The notes below the pieces were generated by a model. The model ran no database searches. It was given only the letters and a program-made list of their open reading frames with translations, and was not told where the DNA came from. From Selaginella moellendorffii (Eukaryota > Plantae > Lycopodiophyta), in NCBI RefSeq assembly GCF_000143415.4, contig NW_003314261.1, positions 2,181,266-2,245,265 on the forward strand: a stretch of DNA of 64,000 nt, written 5' to 3'. Both the position numbers and the translations under genes were made by a program. Of the stretch, positions 1 through 12,330 are shown piece by piece (position 1 is the stretch's first letter; the number at the start of each line of letters is the position of its first letter).

Positions 1-93
1 CATCATGCCCTTTCATCTTTAAGATGTCTACCTTTGGTCTTGCTTCTAGTGTGGACCTTGTACAATGAATGGATATGGATGGAGATGGGGACT

Positions 94-254
94 TGTGGCG
101 CATCTTATCTCTCTCCTTTTAAGCCAACCAGAAAAGGGGCAATTGTTTGATGAGAGAACCCTTAGTGGCTATTTTATCCCCATTATCCCCTAAAGTTCCA
201 AGGATCCATGGTAACAGTATATCCAAATCTCATCCCATGATCATATGCGCTACA
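94..254 (-). mobile_element. Solo LTR of the TRIM family seen intact at 23446-24103
   Basis: TG...CA ends; reverse complement of the 23446-23607 LTR; near-matching 5-bp flanks GGACT/AGACT. Confidence 0.8.
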
Positions 255-303
255 AGACTTGGCTAATTCCTAGATCCATTTTGACCATATGCAACAAGTT
301 TTA

Positions 304-2200
304 GGTTGGTCAACTATGGGAGCCCATGTGTATGATCATAAGTAAGTGGCTTTTCATTTTTTAAGGATTTTATACTAGTTTACATTATACCCATTCCTTC
401 TATAAATTTGTTGTGCAACTTAACTATAGCCATAGACTATAATCCAAGCTCAAACTATTTTTTAAACATGTTTGTCTGAGGTTGTTGAACAATGAATTGG
501 GAAGAAACCCAACTTCCATGGTTTTATGGCAGATGTTGCTGGTGCTAATTGGATGGCTGTACGGCAAGTGTTTAGAGGTGATAAAAGTCAGCCATTATAA
601 GGTAGAGAGAAGAGTTGTGAATTTCATTAGGCAAAGAGTGTCAACGAATATTGCTGATGTATCAAATCTGACCTCCATCACAAGTTCAAGCAGCTTTGTC
701 GGGAATGGATAAATGCACTAACTAAAGAGGAGTATGAGACAAAGGCAAATGAGATGTGCATATGGTGGCGTGAAGGAGACAAAATGCCAATTGAACACCT
801 TCCACAAATGGAATGTTGGCTTGTATGGTGAGAAATTCAAATGTTTCAATAGGGTCATTGTATTCTTCATGTAAACTTTCTCTCATTTTCTTTCTTGTCA
901 CATTCAAATGTTGCATTTTTCCTATGATCAACCACTTGATGACATAGCACTTACACCAACAATTAATCTCTCTGAGAGCAAACATTAGAGTTAGAGAGCT
1001 TCTGAAGTAGAGAACAAAAAGTGTCCCTCTATAAAGTTACGCTCTCCAACCTCACTAGATCTCTTGAGCAGTCATCAAAAGCTTTGGCTACATAGGAAGC
1101 AAGGTTTGCTAATATAGGTCCGAACTTAAACAAGTTTCCAGAGTGGGTTGGTAGAAGGACAACACCAGCAGCAAAATCAATGTCTAAGATGGTTTAGGAA
1201 GTTGTTGCTGGAACTCCTATGGAATTAAGTTATGAACCAGTCTAAAGATATGAGAACAACCCATATGAATCGTCAATAGACATTTGATGGGCAAAACATC
1301 ACTCCTTCTAGCTCTCACCGTCCAAAGTTTAACTACCATTTTATCCCACGACACTAGAAAAGAACTAAGGAAATGGAGTGGAGGAGGTGCCAGTTATTAC
1401 ACAAGTAAGTCTAGTGCTAGAGGTTGAAAAGGTTATTTCTCATGAGCCAGTTTCTTATATCAATTAGGCAATTCAAAGAGTCAATGCACGTTGCTCTAGA
1501 ATGATTGGGAGTCAAGGTTAGCGTCTTGCATTTGTGCGCTTAGGTTCAAGTTCTTCAGCAGCACCATGTTTCTGGGGTTGTCTAGATCTAGGGGTGAAGG
1601 GCTGCCAGTCAAGCTAGATTTATTGTTATAGGATTGATGTTACTTATACAAGCCAGATTCACAGCTCAATTATTTTGAAGCCAAATTTTGTGCCAAAGGA
1701 GTGGCCAGTTGAGCAAAGTTGCAATCTTTTAAAAAAAGAGATTGAAAGTCTAGAGAGAGCAAGTTTCAAGCTAAAGACTTCCTCAAATGTTGCTATTAAT
1801 ACTACTATGCCACCAATATCAACACTAGACCAGCATACACGACCAGCTAGGAATGGACAAACTGTATAATACAGGTCTTTCATTTCAAAAGGTGCACAAG
1901 AGAAGATCAAGCTGGCAAAAGACTTGAAGTGCACAATCACAAAGACAAACTAAATCAATGCTGTGGCTAAGGAGTTTATTGTTGTGACTGAGTCATCAAA
2001 GGGTATGAGCTACATTGTCAAAATCTGTGAAAATCCATCCTGTACCTATCCAGATTTTATACAGAGGGAGAACAGGGGAAAGGTATAATTAGCCTGCAAG
2101 CACATGTATTATATTTTATACAGGAACTAAACCAAGATCCTAAGATCGACCATCACATCCACTAGGCAAGCCTTACAGTTGTAGAGCTTGAGAAGTGTTT
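304..2200 (+). pseudogene. Decayed Mutator/MULE transposase with C-terminal SWIM finger
   Basis: Manual translation gives FHGFMADVAGANWMAVRQVF...REKSCEFH* (~515-630), PTINLSESKH (~955-985) and YIVKICENPSCTYPDF...ACKHMYY (~2010-2115). There are many in-frame stops. Confidence 0.75.
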
Positions 2201-3726
2201 TTAGATTTCTTTTAGTGTTTGGATCTATATTTATATTTGTATTTTATTGGTCAATTTTACTTGGAAATATAGAAAAAACAAAATTTGGAAGATATTAGTT
2301 TGGGAGGAACCAATGTTTTTCTTGTATTTGAGAAGTCATGAGCTCATGAGCTCAAAACCTACCTAGGCTCCAATGGTCATACCTAGTATTCCTACTATAC
2401 ATTTGGAAACCCCATAAAACACATATACACACATCTTTTATATGAGAGCTCACTTTGTTAATTTAGGTGTGGGAGTAACACCATCTTTTTCAAGATAATC
2501 TTTACATCCCATATAACTAGCAAATCTAACTAGTATGGTCCAACTAACTTAGTAATTCACAATAGGGTAAAGAATCAAAACCATGTTTGTTACTTTTAGT
2601 ATTAAAAAATTAGTCTTAGTGAGTACTATCTAATGAGATTGGCCAATTAGTCTTCTTGCATATGCAAAGAGAAAAATGATGATCCTAGTGGGTACATCTT
2701 TGGTTGTTGTGGCTTCATATGTGTCCTTGGGTATGGATTTTGGCACATACTATTTATACCATATTGTATGAGCTTTCATTTTGGGCTCATAAGATGGATT
2801 TGAAGCTTATGCTTAGGCTCATAAGTGAGGCACATACTTTGAGTTAGCAAAATTAATGTTAGCCTATCAATGGTCACTATAAATGGCTACCATATTACAA
2901 TGGGTAAATAAATTTCCTCTGGGTTTGCAATGAGTGGAAATAAACTAGTATATAACTATTTAATATGACAATAATGGATTTTTCCTAGATATGATTAATG
3001 AGTGGATCAATTAAAATTGTAGAGATTAATCTATTGGTTCAAGTAGTTAATGTCATACTCTTTTATAAAATTTTCTTAGATTGGACTAAAGACAATAAAA
3101 ATGCAAGTCTAAGGTTAGCCAAGTTAAGATTGAAAAAATAATTATCAAGGATGAAAGATCAAATACATAAATCCTGATCTTATTGCTCATATTCACATCA
3201 TGCAATTAAAAGTCCTTGTTTTTATGCATATTTATTATAGTGGTCTTATAAGTGGCATGCCGTGGATTAGAAAGTGGTCATAATGCTTAATTCTTTTCTA
3301 GGGATTGCTCCTTGAGTAGTTGATAATGCTATGTATTATAAATCTCTATTAGTGGGATATGTGATTTATATTGTATTTTGTTGTTTGAGTTGGCACTAGA
3401 TATTAACATAAAATTTTGTGGTAATGACATGGTATTGTTTGATTGATGATCAAGTTATTATAATTCTTGTATCATATCCTTGTAATTGTGGGTAATGTGT
3501 TTGCGAAATTACTTATTCAAGCAATGATCAATCCCAAAGTTATTGATGATGATATTAGTCTACTTGCAAATAGTAACATTACAGTACCTATTATATGCTA
3601 AGCTGGTGTTAGTACCTTAGTCTTAGAAAGTTTGCACAATGTGTTTTAAAAAAAATTATAACATTCATTTTATTATAACTTGTTGGTATATGTATTGATA
3701 TTGAAGTAAATTGTTGGATAGAAAAG

Positions 3727-4518
3727 TGTAAGCTCCTAAGTTTGGACTTCCTGGGAAGTCACCCAACCCAATACTATTCAAACCCAAGGATGCTTAACCC
3801 CAAATATCCCAAGACCCTTAACCAATTGGAAAAGGGGGTGCACTCTTATGTAAGCTCCTGAGTTTGGACTTCCCGAGAGGTCACCCAGCTTAGTACTATT
3901 CAAACCTAAGGACGCTTAACTCCAAATATCCCAAGACCCTTAACCGTTTAGAAAAGGGGGTGCACTCTTGTTCATGGGCCCTTTCCCTCTATATTTGAAC
4001 CCCATGGACCGTCTCTCAAGTCGTTCCCTTTGGTTGCTTACATCTTATTCATGGGCCCTTTCCCTCTATATTTGAACCCCATGGACCGTTTCTCAAGTCG
4101 ATCCCTTTGGTTGTTTACAATCCATCACACTTCCCTGCAAGTTCACGCCCTCGTGAACAGAAGCTGAGAGCCGCAGCTCTCCTGAGAGCCCCGCTCTCTT
4201 GACACCCTACCCCTCGGGTCGAGCCCAGTGGGAGCAAACTGGACCAGCCAGATGTCAATCAATATGTGGTGTAGTTCCCTTAGCCAACCAATAGAGTTGG
4301 ACCTGAGACCCTTCTGATACCAAATGTAAGCTCTTGAGTTTAGACTTCCCGAGACGTCACCCAACCCAATACTATTCAAACCCAAGGACGCTTAACCCCA
4401 AATATCCCAAGACCCTTAACCGATTGGAAAAGGGGATACACTTTTATTCATGGGCCCTTTCCCTCTATATTTAAACCCCATGGACCGTTTCTCAAGTCGT
4501 TCCCTTTGGTTGCTTACA
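3727..4518 (-). mobile_element. Cassandra-type TRIM retrotransposon (5S rRNA-derived LTRs)
   Basis: LTRs TGTAAG...TTACA at 4325-4518 and 3727-4119 (interrupted). The minus strand reads AGTTAAGCGTCCTTAGGTTTGAATAGTACTAAGCTGGGTGACCTCTCGGGAAGTCC, matching the 5S rRNA A/C-box core. PBS TGGTATCAGA lies at 4313-4322 (minus). Perfect TSD AAAAG. Confidence 0.9.
3849..4042 (-). mobile_element. Cassandra solo LTR nested within the LTR of another Cassandra
   Basis: Complete LTR flanked by TSD TCTTA (3844-3848 and 4043-4047). Removing it restores one host LTR. Confidence 0.85.
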
Positions 4519-4609
4519 AAAAGGTGTATTATTGAGGCATTAATATTGCTAACATTTGTGTTAATAGAAGTGGCAATATTATCATATGATAAGTAATTCT
4601 TGTAGCATA

Positions 4610-5300
4610 TGTGGTTTTTACCCTTTACCCTATGATGATTTACTATAGAATAAAAATGAAGTGGTTCTTAACCTTGAACACATATACCAAACAATAGAGT
4701 GGGATTTGAGTTTTAGGGTCTTAATGAATAGAAAGAGCTTATAGCCAAGGAGTGAATTTACTACACTTGAATAAAAAGGACTATCAAAAGGAATTTGAAA
4801 GGAATTATCAATAGGTAAATTTTGATACCCACTATCACATTTATGACATGCTCTCCCCCTTTGAAAACATTGATATCTTTGTTGATGCACACTTTAATGT
4901 AAACCACCACCAAAGAAACAACTTTAGAAAAAGTTTATGGTATTCATATTTTATGAGAAATGTACCAAACTTAAATGAGTTAATGGTTTGTCTAATGCAA
5001 ATGTGCTACCACTCATACAACTTTTAACCATCACTAACAAAAAAATGACTAATGGAGTCAGCCATTTTTGCTACTTTGGGTGTCACCCAACTTATAAAAA
5101 ATGATATACTTTTGTTTCCAAGTGAGATAGAGAAAAAAGCTAAAGGTATTAACCCTCATGAAACTTGTTGGTAAAGTTTAAATGAATTAATATAAATAAG
5201 TAGTTAGAGTTATTTACATCGTTATGCCCTTTAACTTTCCAACAAGGCAATTATTATGATCAAGGATATTGATTGCTCACTATAGTTCGAGAAGAAGGGA
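4610..5300 (+). pseudogene. Highly decayed Ty3/gypsy reverse transcriptase remnant
   Basis: YPLPYDDLL (~4619) followed by WDLSF and IFVD-like fragments in RT order; many stops. Confidence 0.4.
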
Positions 5301-5635
5301 AAGCCAGCCCTAGAGGAAGAAACCAATGAAAAGTCCAAAGAGAAAGATGAAGTGTTGCCAGGGAAGAAAGGGTGTGTGCAGGGATTCCCAATTTGAAACT
5401 TACTGTTATGAATGTGACTATGGGTGTTAAAAGTTATTTGTCGGCTAATCCATTTGGATATTCTTTCTTTACTACTACGATAGTAGGAAGTATTGGTTCC
5501 CTTTTCTTGTTTAAGTGTTAGTAAATTAGGCTTAACATCTGTACTTAGCCAGATGAAGATAAGGTAGGAACTTCTATATATTTCTTCTTGAGCATACTTG
5601 GCCTAACTTTTAATTCTTTTAATTCCTTATCTATA

Positions 5636-5659
5636 AAGCTCTATTTTGTTAAAGTGGGA
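5636..5659 (+). repeat. Left terminal inverted repeat
   Basis: aagctctattttgttaaagtggga, the reverse complement of 19502-19525 with one mismatch. Confidence 0.9.
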
Positions 5660-6065
5660 ATTGTCATTATCCCACTTGTAAAATAAGGTTTCTAAACCTT
5701 TATATAGTATATAAATATAACAAAATTTAACTACATTGAGGCACATGCCATTTTATTTTAAACAAGGAAATGTCTACTCAATCACTTCTCCTCTCCCTGC
5801 CACTGCTTCACCTCTCTCTTCTCCTTGTCATCGTCATCCAATTTCTTTCCATCCTTTTAATATTGGCTCAGTTGCTCCGAGTCTAGGTGGAATTCAATCT
5901 TTACTTTCCCCTTATTAATAAAACAACTTCGTAGACTTCCAATAACATGCTGTAACACTTCTAGTATAATGCAAATCCTCTCAAAGAATTGTCTTTTAAT
6001 ATTAATATAATGGCATGGAACCCCATGCCATAATAAGTTACATTTTTAAATAAATACATGCCATC

Positions 6066-6928
6066 TCAGACTATTATTTTTTGCCTCCAACGCTTATACA
6101 ATAATCTTGGAATTTCATCACTCTCCACACTATCAGGATTTAAACCCAATAGTAATGCCATCTCTTCTCTAATACGTCCACGCTCATGTTCAGTGGTCGA
6201 AGAACCCATCCGGTTGAGCAGATTATGGAGATGCGGATAGTGCTTGGCTAGACAATATACATGCCATAAATGATGACTGGTGTCTGTCCGATCAAATGGC
6301 TTCTGATATACCATTCCATCTGCCATTTGGTTGATTTCTGCAGCCACCTCCTGGACTGGCCGGTTCTCTATCACCATCGCTCCAAGCCGTTTTGCAAGGT
6401 CCCCCAGAACATACGGTTTCTTCTCCCTAGTTTCCATACTGCAAGAGATGGGGTGCACTGCATATGTGTGCGTGTTCGCTGCAGTTTTAATCGGCGAGTC
6501 ATCGATGATGAGGATTTCACTTGACCTAGCAGTCCGGTTCATCACTACAGCCTCTGGCTTGATGAAGATGGGCTTGCTACCCCTCACATGGACCATAGTC
6601 AAGCAATCCTCCTGCGTTAGGAGAAAGTCAAATGGTAATATTACTCGCGTCTGATTGTGCATCATCTGTAGCAATGTTAATGCATTGTGGTGCATCATGG
6701 ATGTCCAAACTCCCAATTGCAAATTGAACCCGGCCCTCTGTTTTAAGTGTCGCATGGTCATTATTAGATCCCACAGTTTCTCCCGTGTGATTAATGTGAA
6801 TCTGTCTCTTTTGACCAACTTGCAACCGTAGGCTTTGGAGGGTGCAGTGACATTCGAGGACGAGCCATGCTCATGGGAGAAAAGGACACCGTTCAGATCA
6901 AAAACGATACAGTACCTTTGCCGTGACT
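6066..6928 (-). CDS. FCP1/NIF-like HAD phosphatase domain (last exon of the cargo gene)
   Basis: HAD motifs in order: CIVFDLNGVL, LGVWTSM, FLLTQEDC, PIFIKP, ILIIDDSPIK. Confidence 0.85.
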
Positions 6929-9900
6929 CTGAAATGAAATGCGTCAGCATAAAAAATGGTACAAGTCAATTTTACCATCTACAATATTAGCGAATGGTGC
7001 TCCCGATGGTCGTTGAGAGGGTTTTAGTCGAGGAAACGTGAAGGGCGGAAATACTCTCCTCTGCAATGTGGGGTCAATCGCATCCGATGGCATGTGGGCA
7101 CATGCCATTTCAGCTGTAGACTCTGGTACAATTGGCTCAACAGTGGCATGGGGTGGTTCCGATGGCGTGTGATCACACGCCATTTCAGCTGGTGCCTCCG
7201 TTGGCAAAGTGGACATGACCGAACATGCAGCAGGGGTGGTGTAGGGAGGTTCCAACGGCGCGTAGTCAGACGATTGGGCACACGTTGAGTCCGTTGGAAA
7301 TGAGGATACGACCGGCTTGGCAGCTGGGGCGGCCTCATGCAAGTCCAATGGCGCCTGGTCACCGTCAGTTGGATACGTGGACAAGATTGACTCAGTGGTA
7401 TGGGCAGCATCAAGTGGAGCGTGGTCAGCTTGCTTGGTGTTGATATGGATAGTAGCCTCCACCAACTCTGATGACTCTTGCAGGCAAGTAGAGTCCACTG
7501 GCGGATCCATATGCATGTCCAAATATCTCCCTTCGATTGAGATGGTATCCTCCCTACTGGCTACTAAAAACAAACTCATTAGCACATTGAATCGACTATA
7601 CTGTATTTACCATCAACTGCTATTGAGGAACTAGGACCGATATCACTTGGGCGCACTGTTGATTCTGAAGGATTGGACATACGTTTTGACCCTTGCTTGG
7701 CACTATCCTTCCTCGACACTAAAGGCTAGAGTTTGTATCTTAATTCAACTACTTACCATTTGCTCTACAACCTACATGGACAATGTTAGAAATGGTAAAA
7801 GGTTAGGAATGGATGTACTATTATTTACCTGATGGTTTGTCTTGTATGACCTTCCTCCGCTGCTCTTTGGCCACCTCAGGCTGGCCATCGTCGTCATCAT
7901 CATCGTCGTTGTTATTGTGATCGTCACCATTGTGAGGACCATCCAAGTCCTCTTCGTCCTCCTCTTCTTCGTCCTCCTCTTCGTCCTTCTGCTCTTCCTG
8001 CTCATTATCTTTCTCTGGCTCCTCATCCCCCTCCTGCATTTCTTCCATAGGCTGCTCAGGTTGGATGGCTTGTTCTTCCAGGACCATCTTGGGAAAATCA
8101 TCTGGCCGAGTCTCCATCTCAAAATACAAGACATCCATAGCCTGTTTTAGTGCGTGACCTAGGACCGTATCCTCACTCGACTGTCTTAACATGGTTTTTG
8201 CATGTTCTTGCACCCTTCGAAGACGACGAGATGAGAAAAACATGGCCCTGACTTGAAAAGCATCCCTCATCCATTGTACCTCTCCATTGAGATTGGGGAA
8301 GGGGAGTCCGCCATAGGAATCTGAGTCAGGAGGTGGTGACTGGCTGCTTTCACTCAACCCTTGATCTGCAATGAATGGCATGAGCACACACGCCATAACC
8401 GCGAGGCATTACCTATCATCTTTTCGTTGCCCTTCTTCCTTTTCGAATCAAACGCCTCTGATCCCGACGACTGTCCAACGTGCTTTCGCTTTTTATGACC
8501 ACTGTCAGTTTGAGCTTGGCTGGTGCTTGCCTGTTTTGCCTTTGAAGAAGTGTCTCCTGCAAGGAATGGCATGAGACCACACGCCATTGCAAATATAATT
8601 TGTACCTCCTTTTTTCCTATTGCTTGTCTGTTTGTCCTTCTTCGACGCGCCACTAGTGTGCTTTTCAGTCCTCGTTTCTGAATATTCACAACGATCTATA
8701 ATCAAAATGGCGTGAGGCCTCATGTGACCTTACCTTGTGCAGGTTGTGAGCTCGGCCCAACATGGGTATCTTCAACAGTAGCTGTTAACGCCGTTTCAGC
8801 ATCTGGGGGTGGCCATACTCCTGCATACAGAGCTTGTGAGATAACATTTAAACTTAAAGTGCGTACTCACTAGGTTCGTAGAGAAGATACTGTTTTTCTT
8901 TGCCAACTGTAATTATATGCTCCATTGAAGTCACCTCTTCAATGGAGTTTGTCACCGCAACACACGGGACACCCTTGAGTAGTGCGGCTCGAAAGAATAG
9001 TCCGCCGCAGTTGTACTCGACAACACATTTGCCCTTGGAGTCGGAAGCAGGTGACCCACCCGCTATTGCATTGAAGACCCAGCTGAGCATTTCCCATGCT
9101 GCACCTAGAGCTTTCTTTGGATTCGAAAGCTCCATAGCCGTCTTTAGTTCCTCAGGCACGGGTAAATTGACCTCCCTCAGATCAATTTGATCGGCCTTGT
9201 CGAACGAAGCTGGGAAGTCACTCCAGTCCCACTCTGCTGCAGGACCAATAACAAGGGCGAGTGTGAAGATGCGGACATTCGTTGGTATCTTCTTCTTAGC
9301 CATTATCCCATGGATTTCCCACATCTCCTTGCCTTTCAACCGAGCCTTCACCTTGTTCAAGGCCTTCCAGAACTTGTGATAGGATTCGGAGTCGTAGATC
9401 ATATAGTGGACTGAAGATTCCACCTCCGCAAGTCCCACCATTAAGTCAATGATGGAGCTGACTTCGTCTGCATGAGTGATCTCCTCGTTTGTGAAGTCCA
9501 TCACACAAAAGATGTTCTTGACCTGCTCATCTCCGCGGGAAACGATGCTCCTCCACCTTTGATCCTCATCCGAATTCACGTATACCCGGTAAGGTTCTCG
9601 ATAGGCCTCTGCTGCGGGGTCGAGCTGTTTCTGAAGCCGGCGGTCAACATCCCTCTTAATGAAATTTAGATACTGATCCAACTTCTCAGCTTTACTTTTC
9701 GTGGCATCCCGCAGCAGATCGATGAACTTGGGGTCCCCCTTCACGTACTCGTCGATGTCTTCATTTGACAACTCCAGCGCTTCCATCATCTCTTGCGTGG
9801 TGTTGATGCTCACCCTCTCCACGGCCACTTGCTCAAAGATCCAATCCTTCAATAGCGCACGAACTCTCAGAGTCGTGCACAAGTCCTCGTATGTCACAAT

Positions 9901-11668
9901 ATGGCCGGGAGTCATTTTGGTCTTGTTGAAGACTACCTCACCACGTAGAAGAGCATTAGCCACTGTCAGAAGGTCGTCGTCGTCTAGAGACAGCGAGAAA
10001 CGCAAGGCGTTGAGCTTCAAATCATTGGGCTTCCGGCCGTCCTCCACACCCATTGAGTTTAGCAACTCCCCGTCATGGTACCTCCTCAGCACATCTACCC
10101 ATTTGTCAAAAACAACTTTTGTCGCGAGTTGAATGTTATGGATGCTGAGTGTGTCATGACCCCCAGTGTTTTCGAGAGAAGACTCGAGAATTCCTGCAAT
10201 GGAAATGGCATGAGGCCACATGCTATGCAACATGCAACGAGGCTTACCTGCCAGGCGCTAGTTGCTAGTGCACGTCCTTGTCCTGGTTTTTGTGGCTTCT
10301 TCAGTTGAACCCAGAGCTTCCGTGTTCGTGCCAATATCTCTTGCAGACCCGATTTGTAGCACGTTTCTTACTTGACATTCTGCGTGTGGGAGATGTATAT
10401 GATAGATCGAAGGGGCGAGTTGCCTTTTATCAGGCGGACAACTCTTGTCTTGAAGACTTTCTTCACCTCCTCGCCCACCATAATATCCACAACTATCTCT
10501 TGCATCGCCAAGCTAGAATGCTGCCCGGAGACGGCATAGAATTGGATGTTCTGATCATCCAACACCTTCCTATTGATCAAGTCTGGAAACCTCATCTCGC
10601 CCTTCATTGTTCGGTAGTAAGGGATCACGTCTGCAATGTCGGGTGTTACTGGACTTGCCAGCATCTTCTGCTTCAGTTTCTCCACCCACTCATCAAATAC
10701 TAGCCTGTGGTTGTATTTGCTTTGGATGTCGATACGGCTCACGTCGATTGTATATACTTTGTTGGAATAGTAACAAGTACTATTATCTGCGATGATTTTT
10801 GCTGCCTCTTCTTGCTCTTTCTGCTCTTTGTGGCTCTTCTTTTTGGTGGGTGTAGTGTTCGAACCCGAGGCAATGGCATCACCGAGTAGCTTCTTTTTTG
10901 GAGCAGGAGAGTCGGACGTCGGCTTGAGCTTGACCACCCTTTTCTGCTTTGGGGTAGTTTCCAGATCGACCCCCTTCCCCTTCACTTCGCAAACTGGAGG
11001 CACTCTCAACGGCTCAATGTTGGAATATAGTTTTTGAACATCGCTGTAGGTGAGGTCCGTGGATTCCATGTGATCTTCATAGACCCGCAGCGTCTTTGAA
11101 ATTGTGGGCCTCCTGGACAACCTCTCCCTAGCTCCCTCTAGGAATTCCTCATAGCCGCTGCCCCCCTCCGGGAAGCCGCTAGGATGTGCAAGGTGGATCT
11201 TGAAGGCGGACGCTGTCTCTACCACAAGTGCCAGTCCATATTCTTGCATGGAACTGCATGGAGTGTCTGACACTTGGATGAGGATCCCCATGCATTCTTT
11301 TCTCCCACCATCTGTGTTGTACAGCCTCAGATCCTCGCCTTCCATCCCAAAAGTCCAACTGGTGAGCTCCTCCCCCTTCTCTACATCCACATTGACAGTG
11401 GCTGGAAGAAGAACGCAATTCCTCGCCTGTTCAGAAATGCACAATAATTAGAGCTAACAGATGAAAAGCTAGCAGCTAGAAATAACGTAAGGCCACACGC
11501 CATTCACCACTGCATCAGATGTCTTGAGGCTGCATCCTAAGATGGCATGAGGCTACACGCCATCTGTAACCGGACTGCACTCGAGAGCCCAATCGGTGCA
11601 TGCCAATGTTGTTACTGAATAGCATGTGGCCTCATGCCATTTTCTACTTGGCCTAAAAGACTTACCAT
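6066..11668 (-). pseudogene. Multi-exon cargo gene: ParB-like + degenerate DNA MTase-like + acidic linker + FCP1/NIF HAD phosphatase
   Basis: ORFs 10368-11444, 10095-10334, 8854-10233, 8354-8689, 7821-8396, 6944-7585 and 6066-6950 join through GT-AG introns (11427-11665, 10194-10247, 8821-8870, 8678-8733, 8557-8605, 8366-8412, 6929-6975). Splicing at 7560-7828 is unresolved. Motifs: YAVSGQHS; VVEYNCGGLFFRAALLKG; IVFDLNGVL/VWTS/IIDDSPIK. One in-frame TAA (10368-10370) and a probable frameshift near 10160. Confidence 0.7.
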
Positions 11669-12330
11669 TTGAAGCCGAATGGAGGCGTGACAATCGAGGC
11701 CGAACTCGCTGGCGAATGTGCACTATGTGTGCAGCGGGAGTCGTAGCAGGAAGGCTACTCTGCCACTTGCAGTTGGAGAGTGTCACTGAAATCTCCCGAG
11801 ACGCCAACTGGGCTGCGTGTGGGTGTCCGGAGTGGTGCGGCGGAGTTGGCGGCGAAGTTACAAACTGGGTGTGTCTTGAAGTGGACGCCGATGCACACGA
11901 GCGCGATGCGAGGCGCGAGTGTGATGCAAGCGCTAGTGGACGCCGATGCACACGAGAAACCTATAGAGAAGGTAGATGAGCGCGAATGTGAGCGTGATCG
12001 CGATGCGAGCGCGAGTGTGCAAGCATGAGTACGATGCAAAACCTAACCTCACACGCACAAAATGTCACGACGGTTGGTAATCCCGCAACGTCATCATTCC
12101 TCGGACTTGGGCACCACCATTAATTTCTGGATCGCCACGCACATGCATGCACGTGAAATCCAAAAGAAATCCGCAACATCATCATTCCTTGGACTACATG
12201 CACACGAAATCCAAAAGAAAGATCATGATTGGGATATCATTTAATACCCTCGCTATATTTATACCATGCATGATTGGATATTCCAAAGCATCTTGTATTT
12301 CCAAAAATGCCAGATGTTTAGCTAAATAAA

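Noticed and set aside
3745-4400. 5S rRNA genes
   Set aside because: Only the ~56-nt internal promoter core is present, embedded in LTRs; the 5S ends are missing.
8854-9540. Calling the cargo domain an active DNA methyltransferase
   Set aside because: No intact DPPY/NPPY or FxGxG motif; only the motif order is suggestive.
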